Assembly: GCA_043764415.1 (NCBI GenBank)
Contig: JAYUKO010000155.1
Location: 1 to 54,401, forward strand
Source: Bdellovibrionales bacterium
GTDB taxonomy: Bacteria > Bdellovibrionota > Bdellovibrionia > Bdellovibrionales > JAGQZY01
Direction of reading: 5' to 3'
Length of the DNA: 54,401 bases
Positions 37,258-46,029 of the stretch are shown piece by piece; position 1 is the stretch's first letter, and the number at the start of each line of letters is the position of its first letter. The position numbers and the translations under genes are program-made. Under the pieces are notes generated by a model that was given only the letters and a program-made list of their open reading frames with translations, was not told the DNA's origin and made no database searches.

Positions 37258-37311
37258 GCATCCATGAGATGGGCGTCCGCAAATGACGCAGCGCTTTTAA
37301 TGATGTTTGAT

Positions 37312-37388
37312 TGGTAGCGGGAGAGGGACTTGAACCCCCGACAAGCGGATTATGATTCCGCTGCTCTAACCACCTGAGCTACCCCGCC
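37312..37388 (-). tRNA. tRNA with anticodon CAT (elongator Met, or Ile2 if lysidine-modified); CCA end encoded
   Basis: The reverse complement GGCGGGGTAGCTCAGGTGGTTAGAGCAGCGGAATCATAATCCGCTTGTCGGGGGTTCAAGTCCCTCTCCCGCTACCA folds as a 77-nt cloverleaf (7/4/5/5 stems, anticodon loop AUCAUAA). It lacks the initiator features: there is no run of three G-C pairs in the anticodon stem. Confidence 0.9.
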
Positions 37389-37468
37389 GTGATAACAAAG
37401 TTCGTCCAAGTTGTAGTTCTGTCTAGTAAGGGAGTCAAGCCTTAAGGACTTCAGATATTTAGAGCTCT

Positions 37469-38461
37469 ATGCTACAAGAATTTATGGCAACTCTTCTTGC
37501 AGTTCTAGTGTTTTTTTTCGTTCATGGGGAGCTTCTCCCTGCGCAAAAGTTTTTGCAAACGGCCACTTCCATCAAGGTTCCACACCCGTTTCAGCCGCCG
37601 CTTTACAACCATTACTATATGGTGAATCCCGGTCAGTCGGTGGCGGTTGTCTTTTTACCGGGGATGGGGGAATCCAGCCTCAAGTATTACGATATTTTCG
37701 AAAACCTGCGGCTGCAAAATACAACGTACTATGGGTGGGACCATATTGGTCAGGGGTTTTCCTCGCATCTATTGCCGCAGGAGCTGATTAAGGTTCATAT
37801 CGATAGCTTCGATACGTACTTAACAGCGATTCAAGCGTTTTTAAAAAAACTTCGAACGCAGCATCGGAAAGTGATCGTCATTGGACACTCCATGGGCGCG
37901 CATTTGGCCGTGCGTGCGGCTGCAGAAAACCCAGGTCTGATTGATGCGTTGATTCTTTCGGCACCCTTATTTGATATCCATCCCACGTTGCGGACGGGGG
38001 CTGTGCTCACGTGGCTGCTGTCCCTCTTTCCCGACAGTTCCTACCCCCCGCTTTATAGTTTTTTTGTGAAAAAAAATATCAAGAACGGCTGGGTTACAAA
38101 CAGTGTTGAGAAACAGGAGGAGTTTCAGAAAACTTTAACCCTTTATCCAGAACTGAAGCGACAGGGGGCAACGCTCGGCTGGTTGCGCGCCGCTCGTGAA
38201 TCCGTGGGCAAACTCAAACAGCTTAATTTTAAATCCCTGCATGCCCCCGTTTTGCTTTTACAAGCAGACACCGATTATCTTGTCGACAATTCCGCGCAGG
38301 ACTGGGCGTGTTCTCAGTTGCCAAAATGTCAAAAAGAAGTGATGAAAAATAGCAAACACGAAATTTTATTCGAAGTGGATGCGGTCCGTAATTTGGCGTT
38401 TGAAAAAATGCGTCTTTTTATAACTTCGCTAAATGAAACGAATAAGGCAGCAAGTCTTTAA
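37469..38461 (+). CDS. alpha/beta hydrolase (lysophospholipase-like)
   Basis: 330 aa. LPGMGES oxyanion region, nucleophile elbow VIGHSMGAH, C-terminal KHE. Confidence 0.7.
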   Translation: MLQEFMATLLAVLVFFFVHGELLPAQKFLQTATSIKVPHPFQPPLYNHYYMVNPGQSVAVVFLPGMGESSLKYYDIFENLRLQNTTYYGWDHIGQGFSSHLLPQELIKVHIDSFDTYLTAIQAFLKKLRTQHRKVIVIGHSMGAHLAVRAAAENPGLIDALILSAPLFDIHPTLRTGAVLTWLLSLFPDSSYPPLYSFFVKKNIKNGWVTNSVEKQEEFQKTLTLYPELKRQGATLGWLRAARESVGKLKQLNFKSLHAPVLLLQADTDYLVDNSAQDWACSQLPKCQKEVMKNSKHEILFEVDAVRNLAFEKMRLFITSLNETNKAASL

Positions 38462-38840
38462 AAATAACTTCTTTTTGCAACCCTGCTAAATTCGCCAGGA
38501 ACACCGGAGTGTCCGGCGCCAGGAATTCGCTCATGGTTTGCAAACACATGCCGCAAGGGGTTGCAACTGGATTCATCGTGTCTGTGACTAAGACTAAAAA
38601 TTCAATATTCTTTGAAGCTCTCGCGCTTTCGTCTTCGCACTGGCTCACCCAGTTCCAAAGGGCAACGCGCTCCGCACACACCGTGGCACCAAAGCTTGCA
38701 TTCTCCACATTGCAGCCGGATATATACAAATCCTGATTACGAATCTTTAAGCACGCCCCCACAAGAAATTTTGAGTAAGGAGCATAGGCTCGTTCGCGGG
38801 CTTTCATGGCTTCTTGGTAGGCTTTAGTGACTTGTTCCAT
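38418..38840 (-). CDS. cdd: cytidine deaminase
   Basis: 140 aa. Zinc motifs CAERVA and PCGMCLQ. Confidence 0.85.
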   Translation of the reverse strand: MEQVTKAYQEAMKARERAYAPYSKFLVGACLKIRNQDLYISGCNVENASFGATVCAERVALWNWVSQCEDESARASKNIEFLVLVTDTMNPVATPCGMCLQTMSEFLAPDTPVFLANLAGLQKEVIFKDLLPYSFHLAKL

Positions 38841-38913
38841 GGGCCAAGAATAACAAATTTCTTCCCCTTTGCCAGCGTTTTATGTTAACGCCTTACTTGC
38901 GTGGGGGACTCAA

Positions 38914-39993
38914 ATGAAATTTCTATTTCAATGTTTAGTTGTTCTCCTTGTAGTGTCCTGCGGCTTCGGAACCAACGCTCCGACCACAAAGAACTCACCT
39001 GACGACGCGGCTCTGCCCCTTCCTCAACCTTTGCAAAACTTTTCAGCAGCCTCACCGTCCATCACCATTATGACCTGGAATGTGGAAAACCTTTACGATG
39101 CCGAGGACGATCCGCAAAAATTAGACGACACTTACTTGCCGCTGCAAATTAAAAAACAAATTCCAAATCACTTTAAAGACTGCAAAAAACTCGACGCCAA
39201 ATCCTGGCAGGAGCAGTGTGCCGAATGGGATTGGAACGAGAGCGTTGTGAGCGAAAAATTGCGCAGACTCGGGCAGGTGATACGCGCCGTTAACTCTGGA
39301 GCCGGGCCTGACTTTTTAGCTTTGCAGGAAGTGGAGAACATCCAGCTGCTGCAGCGACTGATCGATGAGCAACTTCCCAACATGAATTACAAAGCTTACC
39401 TTATCGAAAACAACGATGCGCGAGGCATCGACGTTGGAGTCATTACTCGCTTGCCGATCGCCGAAGCGCCAAAACTGATTCCTCTCGGTAAATCGCGTCC
39501 CGCTCTCAAACTCAATGTGGAACTTCCCGACAAAAATAAAATGTCGATCACCGTGGTGCATTTTCCCATTGCCAGTTCTCCCCTTAAAAAACGGCTCGGG
39601 ATGCTGTCGAAAATTACCAGTCAATCAGGAGAGAATCTGCAGCTGATCCTCGGTGATTTTAATTTTCCGCGAGATGAAATGCAAGGAAGCGAAATCGCCA
39701 AAACTCTTTTGCTGCCAAAATGGGTTCCAATGCATCTTTATTGCACCTCCTGCCAAGGAAGCACCTACGAAACTTTTACTGGGGATTGGTCGTTTTTAGA
39801 CATGATTCTTGTGAATGAAGCTTTTTTTTCCGCGCACACACCGTGGACTGTGAATGTGAATTCGTTCCGTCTGCACAATCCACTGCCGTTTCAGACCAAC
39901 CGCTATGGTTCGCCCGCGGACTTTACATTGCCTTCAATGCGCGGTGTATCGGACCACTGGCCTCTTGTGATTCAGCTTTTTAAGACGCCTTAA
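38914..39993 (+). CDS. lipoprotein endonuclease/exonuclease/phosphatase (EEP) family protein
   Basis: Start at ATG 38914 after ggggga, giving MKFLFQCLVVLLVVSC|G. EEP motifs TWNVENLYD, LALQEVEN, GDFNF, SDHWPL. Confidence 0.75.
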   Translation: MKFLFQCLVVLLVVSCGFGTNAPTTKNSPDDAALPLPQPLQNFSAASPSITIMTWNVENLYDAEDDPQKLDDTYLPLQIKKQIPNHFKDCKKLDAKSWQEQCAEWDWNESVVSEKLRRLGQVIRAVNSGAGPDFLALQEVENIQLLQRLIDEQLPNMNYKAYLIENNDARGIDVGVITRLPIAEAPKLIPLGKSRPALKLNVELPDKNKMSITVVHFPIASSPLKKRLGMLSKITSQSGENLQLILGDFNFPRDEMQGSEIAKTLLLPKWVPMHLYCTSCQGSTYETFTGDWSFLDMILVNEAFFSAHTPWTVNVNSFRLHNPLPFQTNRYGSPADFTLPSMRGVSDHWPLVIQLFKTP

Positions 39994-40077
39994 CATTATT
40001 TTTGTTGCTAATGTCTTTGATATTTTGTTCTTATGTGCGAACAACAAACAACCTTCGGGTTCGACAAAGGAGAATAA

Positions 40078-40551
40078 ATGAAATTATGTATCGTAGCGGC
40101 TTTGATGCTGATGGGTCTCAACGCTTCCGCACAAACGTCTAAAGTTTTAATGTTCTGTGATTACTACACACCCAACCAAACTGGCGACATTTACGTAGAT
40201 GTTTATCTTGATTATGATGCTGCAACCGGCACCTACACAAATATCGAATCTGGAATCGTCGAAACTAAAAACGCAAAATACCCTGATTATCTTTGGGCTT
40301 TGAATCTTGTGTACACAGCTGGTGATTCGGTTGCAAAAGTAACCATCGAAAGAGATCTCGATGTTCTCTCTTTTGATTTTCCAACGCTCACAACAGCATC
40401 AACTCCCACATTCGCAATTCCTAAAAACGCCGAAGGCGTGATTCAAGATTTTAAAGTGACGATGACTGGCTTTTACACAGGCCTCACCATCAACCAAGAA
40501 TTCTTATGTTACGACCCTGCTACAAAGCAAGCCCCACCAGCAACTCGCTAG
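40078..40551 (+). CDS. small secreted hypothetical protein
   Basis: 157 aa. RBS aaggag. Signal peptide MKLCIVAALMLMGLNASA|Q. Confidence 0.55.
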   Translation: MKLCIVAALMLMGLNASAQTSKVLMFCDYYTPNQTGDIYVDVYLDYDAATGTYTNIESGIVETKNAKYPDYLWALNLVYTAGDSVAKVTIERDLDVLSFDFPTLTTASTPTFAIPKNAEGVIQDFKVTMTGFYTGLTINQEFLCYDPATKQAPPATR

Positions 40552-40576
40552 GTACGGACACACTTTTTGGGACTTG
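40551..40576. repeat. left inverted repeat GGTACGGACACACTTTTTGGGACTTG
   Basis: Exact reverse complement of 41278-41303. Its first base is the last base of the TAG stop of the upstream gene. Confidence 0.9.
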
Positions 40577-40641
40577 GCGTGTTATTTCTATCGCGCCAAG
40601 TACTTAAACTTTTCTCAAATTTAAAACACCAAATAATTGAA

Positions 40642-41235
40642 TCAATATTGCCTTAAAGGAATTTTAAATTCTGTTCTTCTGAGTGCTTTTTTTATCTTTT
40701 CTTCCCTCTCGTGATCGCTGGGCGAATTTAACCAAGCTAAGATATTAGATGGAATCTCTTTAATAAATTCTTGCGACGGTGGGGTTATAATCATTCTACT
40801 ATTCGAAATAGTAGAATAAGGATGTTTTTCGACAAGATCTACCATTCCGGCTTTTACCGGATTTCGATAAATATATCTCAATACATCTGAAAAATCTTTT
40901 CCGTGTTTGATAAGCGCAGCTTTGTAGGGGCCACCAAAAACATGATTGCTTCTTTCTGCGGCTTTATTAATCCTCCGACTGACGGATTTCTGGAGTTCAC
41001 ACATGGCTTCGCCCAGAGCGTAATTGGGATCAGCCGTAACTAACATATGATAGTGGTTGCTCATCAAGACAAATGCATGAAGTGACATCTTATGCTCTGT
41101 AAAGGTACGATTTACCTCTGAAACGAAAATATTCCATGTCTCATGGAGTGGCAGATAAAACCACTCTCTGTTATTTGAACGAGCATAAACATGGTACGGG
41201 AATTCGTGAGTATAAATTAATTTTTTACGTGGCAT
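40642..41235 (-). CDS. REP-associated tyrosine transposase (RAYT, Y1_Tnp family)
   Basis: 197 aa. YHVYARSNNREWF, HUH motif VLMSNHYHMLV, catalytic Tyr region YIYRNPVKAGMV. Confidence 0.85.
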   Translation of the reverse strand: MPRKKLIYTHEFPYHVYARSNNREWFYLPLHETWNIFVSEVNRTFTEHKMSLHAFVLMSNHYHMLVTADPNYALGEAMCELQKSVSRRINKAAERSNHVFGGPYKAALIKHGKDFSDVLRYIYRNPVKAGMVDLVEKHPYSTISNSRMIITPPSQEFIKEIPSNILAWLNSPSDHEREEKIKKALRRTEFKIPLRQY

Positions 41236-41277
41236 GTTTTTCTCATGTTCAAAAACAATGCCAGGGACTTGACGCTA

Positions 41278-41303
41278 CAAGTCCCAAAAAGTGTGTCCGT
41301 ACC
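41278..41303. repeat. right inverted repeat CAAGTCCCAAAAAGTGTGTCCGTACC
   Basis: Exact reverse complement of 40551-40576. Ends 1 nt before the sppA stop codon. Confidence 0.9.
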
Positions 41304-41304
41304 T

Positions 41305-43074
41305 TTAGAGTTTTACGTCGAAAGGCCAGCGGGCATAGAAGATTTCTTGCTTGGGGTCGCGGATGAATATTTTCTGCAACCAGGTGGGGACGATGGAAGC
41401 GCCGCTGAGTGAGTCCATCACTTTGTCGATCCAGCGTTTTTCATCCGGGTACAAAATCACATCGTAGCTTTTCAGTCCTGCAAGCGTTGCCGCCTTAGCA
41501 ATGGCTGCATCCAGGGATCCCATGCCGTCAACGAGTCCGATCTCCATGGCTTTTGAGCCAAGCCAAACGCGGCCTTCGGCCACTTCGCGCACAGCCTCTT
41601 TGTCTTCAAACTTCTTTCGCCCCTGTTGAACCACGCCAAGGAACGTTCCGTAAATGTCGGTGACTTCTTCTTGAATGCGATTTTTTTCGAACTCAGTCAG
41701 CGATCTGGAATTGGACATAATATCCGCAGACGAATGGGTTTTTACGCCGTCAAAGGTGATGCCGAGTTTGTTGTCGAAAAACTTTTCGGCGTTAAATAAC
41801 ATTCCAAAAACGCCGATGGAGCCTGTAATTGTAGTTGGCTCCGCGTAAATATAATCAGCACCTGCGGCGATATAGTACCCGCCCGAGGCCGCAACATCCG
41901 AAAACGAAGCCACAACTTTTTTATGCTTTTTTAAATACTCAAGACTTCGCCAAATCACATCCGAGGCAAGGGCGCTTCCGCCCGGGCTATCGATACGCAG
42001 GACAACGGCCTTCACTTCTTTGTCTTTATCGAGTTCGCGAATCAGCGAGGAGAGCTCGTCGGAGTAAATGGTGCCGTTGTTTGAGCCACTGCCCATTTGT
42101 ATTTCGCCTTCGGCGAGAATCACGGCCACTTTGTCTTTTTTGCTTAAAAATGAGCGCGAGGAAACCGCCGTGTCGGCGTAGGAGTTCCACGCCACTAAGC
42201 GCACTTCTTCGTCGCCTTTTAAACCGCTCATTTTCAACAACTTTTTTTCGACTTCTTCCACCGGCACGAGTTGACTCACAAGTTTTGCATTGTATGCAGT
42301 TTTGGCAGAAAATACTTCGAGTTTTTCAGCCCATTGATTGAGCTGCTCCACCGTCAGTTGTTTTTGCTCTTCTACAATTTGCGCGAGAACCGTATTCCAC
42401 AGGCCTTGTGTGAGCTCGGTCACCTGCAAGCGATTCTCGTCAGACATTTTTTCTTGCGTGATCATCTCTCCTGCGGATTTAAATTTTCCTGCGCGGATCA
42501 ATGTGGGCTCGACTTCGAGTTTGGCCAGAGTTTTTTTAAAAAACATAGACTGTGAAAAAATACCGTTAAATTCAAACTCACCCAGTGGATACATTAAGAT
42601 TTCGTTGGCCACTGTTGCCAGGTAATAAAGTTTTTCGTCGTAAGCTTCGCTGTAGGCGATAATAAATTTTCCGCTTTTTTTAAATTTCTTTAAAAGATTG
42701 CGCAAAGTCTCGATCTTCGCCCAACCACTCTCGGCATAGCGCAAGCGCAGGTAGACGCCTTTGATGTTTTTATCGGTGGCGGCCGCAGCTAAGGCTTCGC
42801 GCATTTCGTAAAGACCAATGGTCTTTGGTTTTTCGTCGTACAGAACTTCCTGCACCACATCCACAGCGCCTCGGCGTTCGGCGATTTCCCCCTCAACGTT
42901 AATAAATAAGACAGATTTATCTTCAACAACTACAGAGCTTTCACCGCCGCCGCCGTAGGAAGCTGCAAAAAATCCGATGATTCCAAAAACAATAAACATC
43001 GTTAGTAAGCTAAAGACGCCGAAGGCCACAAACGTTCCAATGGCGCTGGCTAAAATCTGTTTTAAAAAGTTCAC
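41305..43074 (-). CDS. sppA: signal peptide peptidase SppA, 67K type (protease IV)
   Basis: 589 aa. N-terminal TM segment and two tandem ClpP/crotonase-like halves. Motifs IDSPGGSALASD and DVAASGGYYIA. Confidence 0.85.
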   Translation of the reverse strand: MNFLKQILASAIGTFVAFGVFSLLTMFIVFGIIGFFAASYGGGGESSVVVEDKSVLFINVEGEIAERRGAVDVVQEVLYDEKPKTIGLYEMREALAAAATDKNIKGVYLRLRYAESGWAKIETLRNLLKKFKKSGKFIIAYSEAYDEKLYYLATVANEILMYPLGEFEFNGIFSQSMFFKKTLAKLEVEPTLIRAGKFKSAGEMITQEKMSDENRLQVTELTQGLWNTVLAQIVEEQKQLTVEQLNQWAEKLEVFSAKTAYNAKLVSQLVPVEEVEKKLLKMSGLKGDEEVRLVAWNSYADTAVSSRSFLSKKDKVAVILAEGEIQMGSGSNNGTIYSDELSSLIRELDKDKEVKAVVLRIDSPGGSALASDVIWRSLEYLKKHKKVVASFSDVAASGGYYIAAGADYIYAEPTTITGSIGVFGMLFNAEKFFDNKLGITFDGVKTHSSADIMSNSRSLTEFEKNRIQEEVTDIYGTFLGVVQQGRKKFEDKEAVREVAEGRVWLGSKAMEIGLVDGMGSLDAAIAKAATLAGLKSYDVILYPDEKRWIDKVMDSLSGASIVPTWLQKIFIRDPKQEIFYARWPFDVKL

Positions 43075-44135
43075 GTAAGGCCTCCTGATGCCGTTTTATC
43101 TGAATTGGGTCGATCTGAGGCAGCCAGTATGCTGCGTTGAATGAGCTTCGTCAATTGGGCCATCCACTCCTCGTCGTCATTCAGACAACGAATGGCGTGA
43201 AATGACTCTCCACCGGCTTTCATAAACTGCTCGCGGGCGCGATCGTTGATCTCTTCCAGGGTTTCTAAGCAATCCACAGTGAACGCTGGCATCACCACCG
43301 CCAGGTTTTTAATTCCTTTTTTTGGCAGTTCCTCGAGAACCTGGTCGGTGAACGGTTGAATCCACGGGTCCCGCCCAAGTCGCGATTGAAAACTCACTTG
43401 GTAGTTTTTAAGCTTTAACCTTCGAGCCAATTCGCGCGACACGTAATAGCAGTGGGCGCGATAACAAAGCTGATTGTTTTTATTGATTTCGTCGCAGCAG
43501 TTCGCTTTTTTCAAGCAATGCGCTTTGCTCGGATCGAGCTTTTTGACGTGTCTTTCTGGAAGACCGTGATAACTCATCAGCAGCATATCAATGTCTTTGC
43601 CTTCAATTTCCCGCTGCACCAGCGAAGCTAGAGACGATAGATATTCCTCCGCTTGGTAAAACGACGACACTGTGATGACTTGCGCTTTGATATTTTGTTT
43701 TTTAATTTCGATATAAGCATCATCGAGCCACGTTTGGGTGGAGGATTCGGCATACTGAGGATACTGCGGAAATAAAAGAATTTTTTCGCAGTCCCGCACT
43801 TCTTCCAAGGCCTGCCCAATGGAAGGAGTTCCGTAGCGCATGCCAAGAACCACTTTGTAATCGCTGCCCAATCGGGCTTGAATTTTTTTGACCACTTTTT
43901 GCGAGAAAACTAACAACGGCGAGCCGTCCTTTGTCCAAACTGTAGAATAAGCGTGGGCCGACTTCCTGGATCGCAATGGTGCAATGATCCCATAAACCAG
44001 CAGCGCCCGAAACCAGTAGGGTTTATCGATCACGTAGGGATCCATAAGAAATTGCTTGAGATATGTTTTAACGTCTGCGACTGAGGGACTTTGCGGCGTC
44101 CCTAGATTGCCAATGATTACACCCGTTTTGACCAT
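43071..44135 (-). CDS. hemH: ferrochelatase
   Basis: 354 aa. N-terminus GVIIGNLGTPQSPSVADVKTYLKQFLMDPYVID, plus LLFPQYPQYAESST and LLMSYHGLPE. Overlaps sppA by 4 nt. Confidence 0.9.
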   Translation of the reverse strand: MVKTGVIIGNLGTPQSPSVADVKTYLKQFLMDPYVIDKPYWFRALLVYGIIAPLRSRKSAHAYSTVWTKDGSPLLVFSQKVVKKIQARLGSDYKVVLGMRYGTPSIGQALEEVRDCEKILLFPQYPQYAESSTQTWLDDAYIEIKKQNIKAQVITVSSFYQAEEYLSSLASLVQREIEGKDIDMLLMSYHGLPERHVKKLDPSKAHCLKKANCCDEINKNNQLCYRAHCYYVSRELARRLKLKNYQVSFQSRLGRDPWIQPFTDQVLEELPKKGIKNLAVVMPAFTVDCLETLEEINDRAREQFMKAGGESFHAIRCLNDDEEWMAQLTKLIQRSILAASDRPNSDKTASGGLT

Positions 44136-44608
44136 GACCTCTTTTTAATGGATCTTCGCAGGTCTGTCAGGCTAATAAATGATGTAAACTTCTTCCAGAA
44201 AGTAGAGACTTGTTTATTTTCCAAGCAGTTGATCATTTTCTTTCTGGCACTATCATCTATTTGGAAGGCGTTTTCTAAAACCAACATACACTGGGCTAGA
44301 GCCCGGGAGTTGGGACGCGAGTCGTACTGCAAAAGCTCAAACACTTCCCCGGCCTTTTCCTCTTCGATCATCACGCCGGTTCGCGCGCCATCAAAGCGGT
44401 TCCATTCCACCACCTGGCCAAAAACATTCACATGAATTTTTACTAAGTCATGATTCGATTTTTCGAAGTAATACAGGTCGATAGAGTCGTGTTTATACCA
44501 ATGGCTGCGCATTTCCTTGTCCTGAAACTGCACCACATCAAACGACACAAAGCGAATTTTTTGCGCCATGGACTTTAAGGCTCCAAGGCTCTGGCCAAAT
44601 TGACTCAT
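44117..44608 (-). CDS. hypothetical protein
   Basis: 163-aa ORF that overlaps the hemH start by 19 nt (same operon). No motifs. Confidence 0.5.
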   Translation of the reverse strand: MSQFGQSLGALKSMAQKIRFVSFDVVQFQDKEMRSHWYKHDSIDLYYFEKSNHDLVKIHVNVFGQVVEWNRFDGARTGVMIEEEKAGEVFELLQYDSRPNSRALAQCMLVLENAFQIDDSARKKMINCLENKQVSTFWKKFTSFISLTDLRRSIKKRSWSKRV

Positions 44609-44637
44609 AAAACCCTATCGGAATGAGACGTTTTTAA

Positions 44638-44680
44638 CTGTAGACGGGGGGTGTTCCCTACGAACACCCCCAACCTACAG
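44638..44680. other. strong two-tier stem-loop in a divergent intergenic region
   Basis: CTGTAG-ac-g-GGGGGTGTTC-cctac-GAACACCCCC-aac-CTACAG, that is, a 10-bp GC-rich stem extended by a 6-bp outer stem. Confidence 0.5.
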
Positions 44681-44721
44681 ACGTTTGACCTGGTGCAAAA
44701 AGACGTGCTAAACCTTTCATC

Positions 44722-46017
44722 ATGGAAACTTGGGACATATCACCGCGCGGAGAGAAGCGATTTAACGAAGGCCACCCCTGGGTGTTCTCCAACGAAATCA
44801 CCTCGCCCATCAAAAAAATCCAGCCTGGCGACTTGGTCAAACTCACCAATTCCAAGGGACGCACTCTGGCCGTAGGTTACGGTAACCCCCACTCCCTCAT
44901 CGCTTTTCGCTGCTTGCAAAGATCGGAATCTGCCACCATCGACAGCGCCTGGTTTGCGGCCCAGCTGATCAAGGCCGCGCGCGTGCGCGATCAGTTGCAA
45001 CTCACCAAATACTCCCATCGCCTGGTATTTTCCGAAGCCGATCAACTGCCGGGCTTGGTGATCGATTGCTTTAAAACGCCGCACAGCCAGCAAATTTTTG
45101 TCATCGAAATTTTGACCGCCGGCATGGATCGATGGCTGGAGAATCTACCGCAAATTTTCGAGATGTTTTTAAAATCCTGCACCGAGCATTCTTTTAATTA
45201 CTACGCCTGGGCAAAAACCACCCTCGTCGTTAAGCGGGATAATTCCTTTCGCAAGATGGAAAACATCGAGGTGCGCGAAGCCGAAGTGTTTGGCGAGTTG
45301 ACGGTCGAACAGTTGAAGTCCATTTCCATCATCACTGCGCAATCACTGCACCCCAGAGACTACGTGATTTTTCACACGGATTTGTTTGAGGGGCAAAAAA
45401 CGGGATTTTTTCTCGACCAACGAAGCAACGTTGAACTCCTGCTTAAGAATCTTCCTAAAATAAGCTCGTCGCCAATTCGGGTTTTGGATTTATTTTGCTA
45501 CGTGGGCCAGTGGAGCACACAGATTGCCAAACATCTTAAAGATCAAGGCTCCACGGTGGAAGTGACGTCGGTGGATAGCTCGCAAAAAGCCTTAGACTTC
45601 TGTGCCAAAAACGTGGCCCCCTACGCCGATCGTGTGACTCCGCTCAAAATGGACATCGTCGAAAAATGTTTGGAGCTCATTCCCCCGCAGACCTACGACA
45701 TTGTGGTCTGCGATCCACCCGCTTTGATTAAAGCGAAAAAAGATTTCGAAGCCGGAAAGTTTGCCTACACCAAGGTCAACTCCGCAGCCATGCGTGCCTT
45801 AAAACCCGGCGGTATGATGATCTCCTGCTCATGCTCGCAGCATTTGAGCGATGTGGACTTGACCGAAGTGCTTACGGCCAGTGCCTTGAAATCACATAAA
45901 AAAATGTTGTGGCTGGCGAAGGGACAACAGGCTGCCGATCACCCCATGCTCATGGAATTTCCGCAAGGGACTTATCTTAATAGTTGGTTGGGACTTGCCA
46001 AAGCTGATCTCGAATAG
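44722..46017 (+). CDS. rlmI: class I SAM-dependent rRNA methyltransferase (RlmI/COG1092-like, PUA plus MTase)
   Basis: 431 aa. N-terminal GHPWVFSNEI, SAM-binding VLDLFCYVGQWS, and VVCDPPAL. Confidence 0.75.
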   Translation: METWDISPRGEKRFNEGHPWVFSNEITSPIKKIQPGDLVKLTNSKGRTLAVGYGNPHSLIAFRCLQRSESATIDSAWFAAQLIKAARVRDQLQLTKYSHRLVFSEADQLPGLVIDCFKTPHSQQIFVIEILTAGMDRWLENLPQIFEMFLKSCTEHSFNYYAWAKTTLVVKRDNSFRKMENIEVREAEVFGELTVEQLKSISIITAQSLHPRDYVIFHTDLFEGQKTGFFLDQRSNVELLLKNLPKISSSPIRVLDLFCYVGQWSTQIAKHLKDQGSTVEVTSVDSSQKALDFCAKNVAPYADRVTPLKMDIVEKCLELIPPQTYDIVVCDPPALIKAKKDFEAGKFAYTKVNSAAMRALKPGGMMISCSCSQHLSDVDLTEVLTASALKSHKKMLWLAKGQQAADHPMLMEFPQGTYLNSWLGLAKADLE

Positions 46018-46029
46018 GATAAATAACGG

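Larger units (their letters stand above)
40551..41303 (-). mobile_element. RAYT unit: a Y1 (IS200/IS605-like) REP-associated transposase gene bracketed by inverted REP-like ends
   Basis: Perfect 26-bp inverted repeats at 40551-40576 and 41278-41303. Each has an adjacent hairpin built on GGGACTTG/CAAGTCCC (40572-40601 and 41264-41285). The unit fills the whole gap between two convergent genes. Confidence 0.75.

Noticed and set aside
29272-37311. A genomic island integrated at the 3' side of tRNA(CAT)
   Set aside because: I found no integrase and no direct repeat of the tRNA 3' end in the window. The adjacent genes look like lineage-typical lipoproteins rather than foreign cargo.
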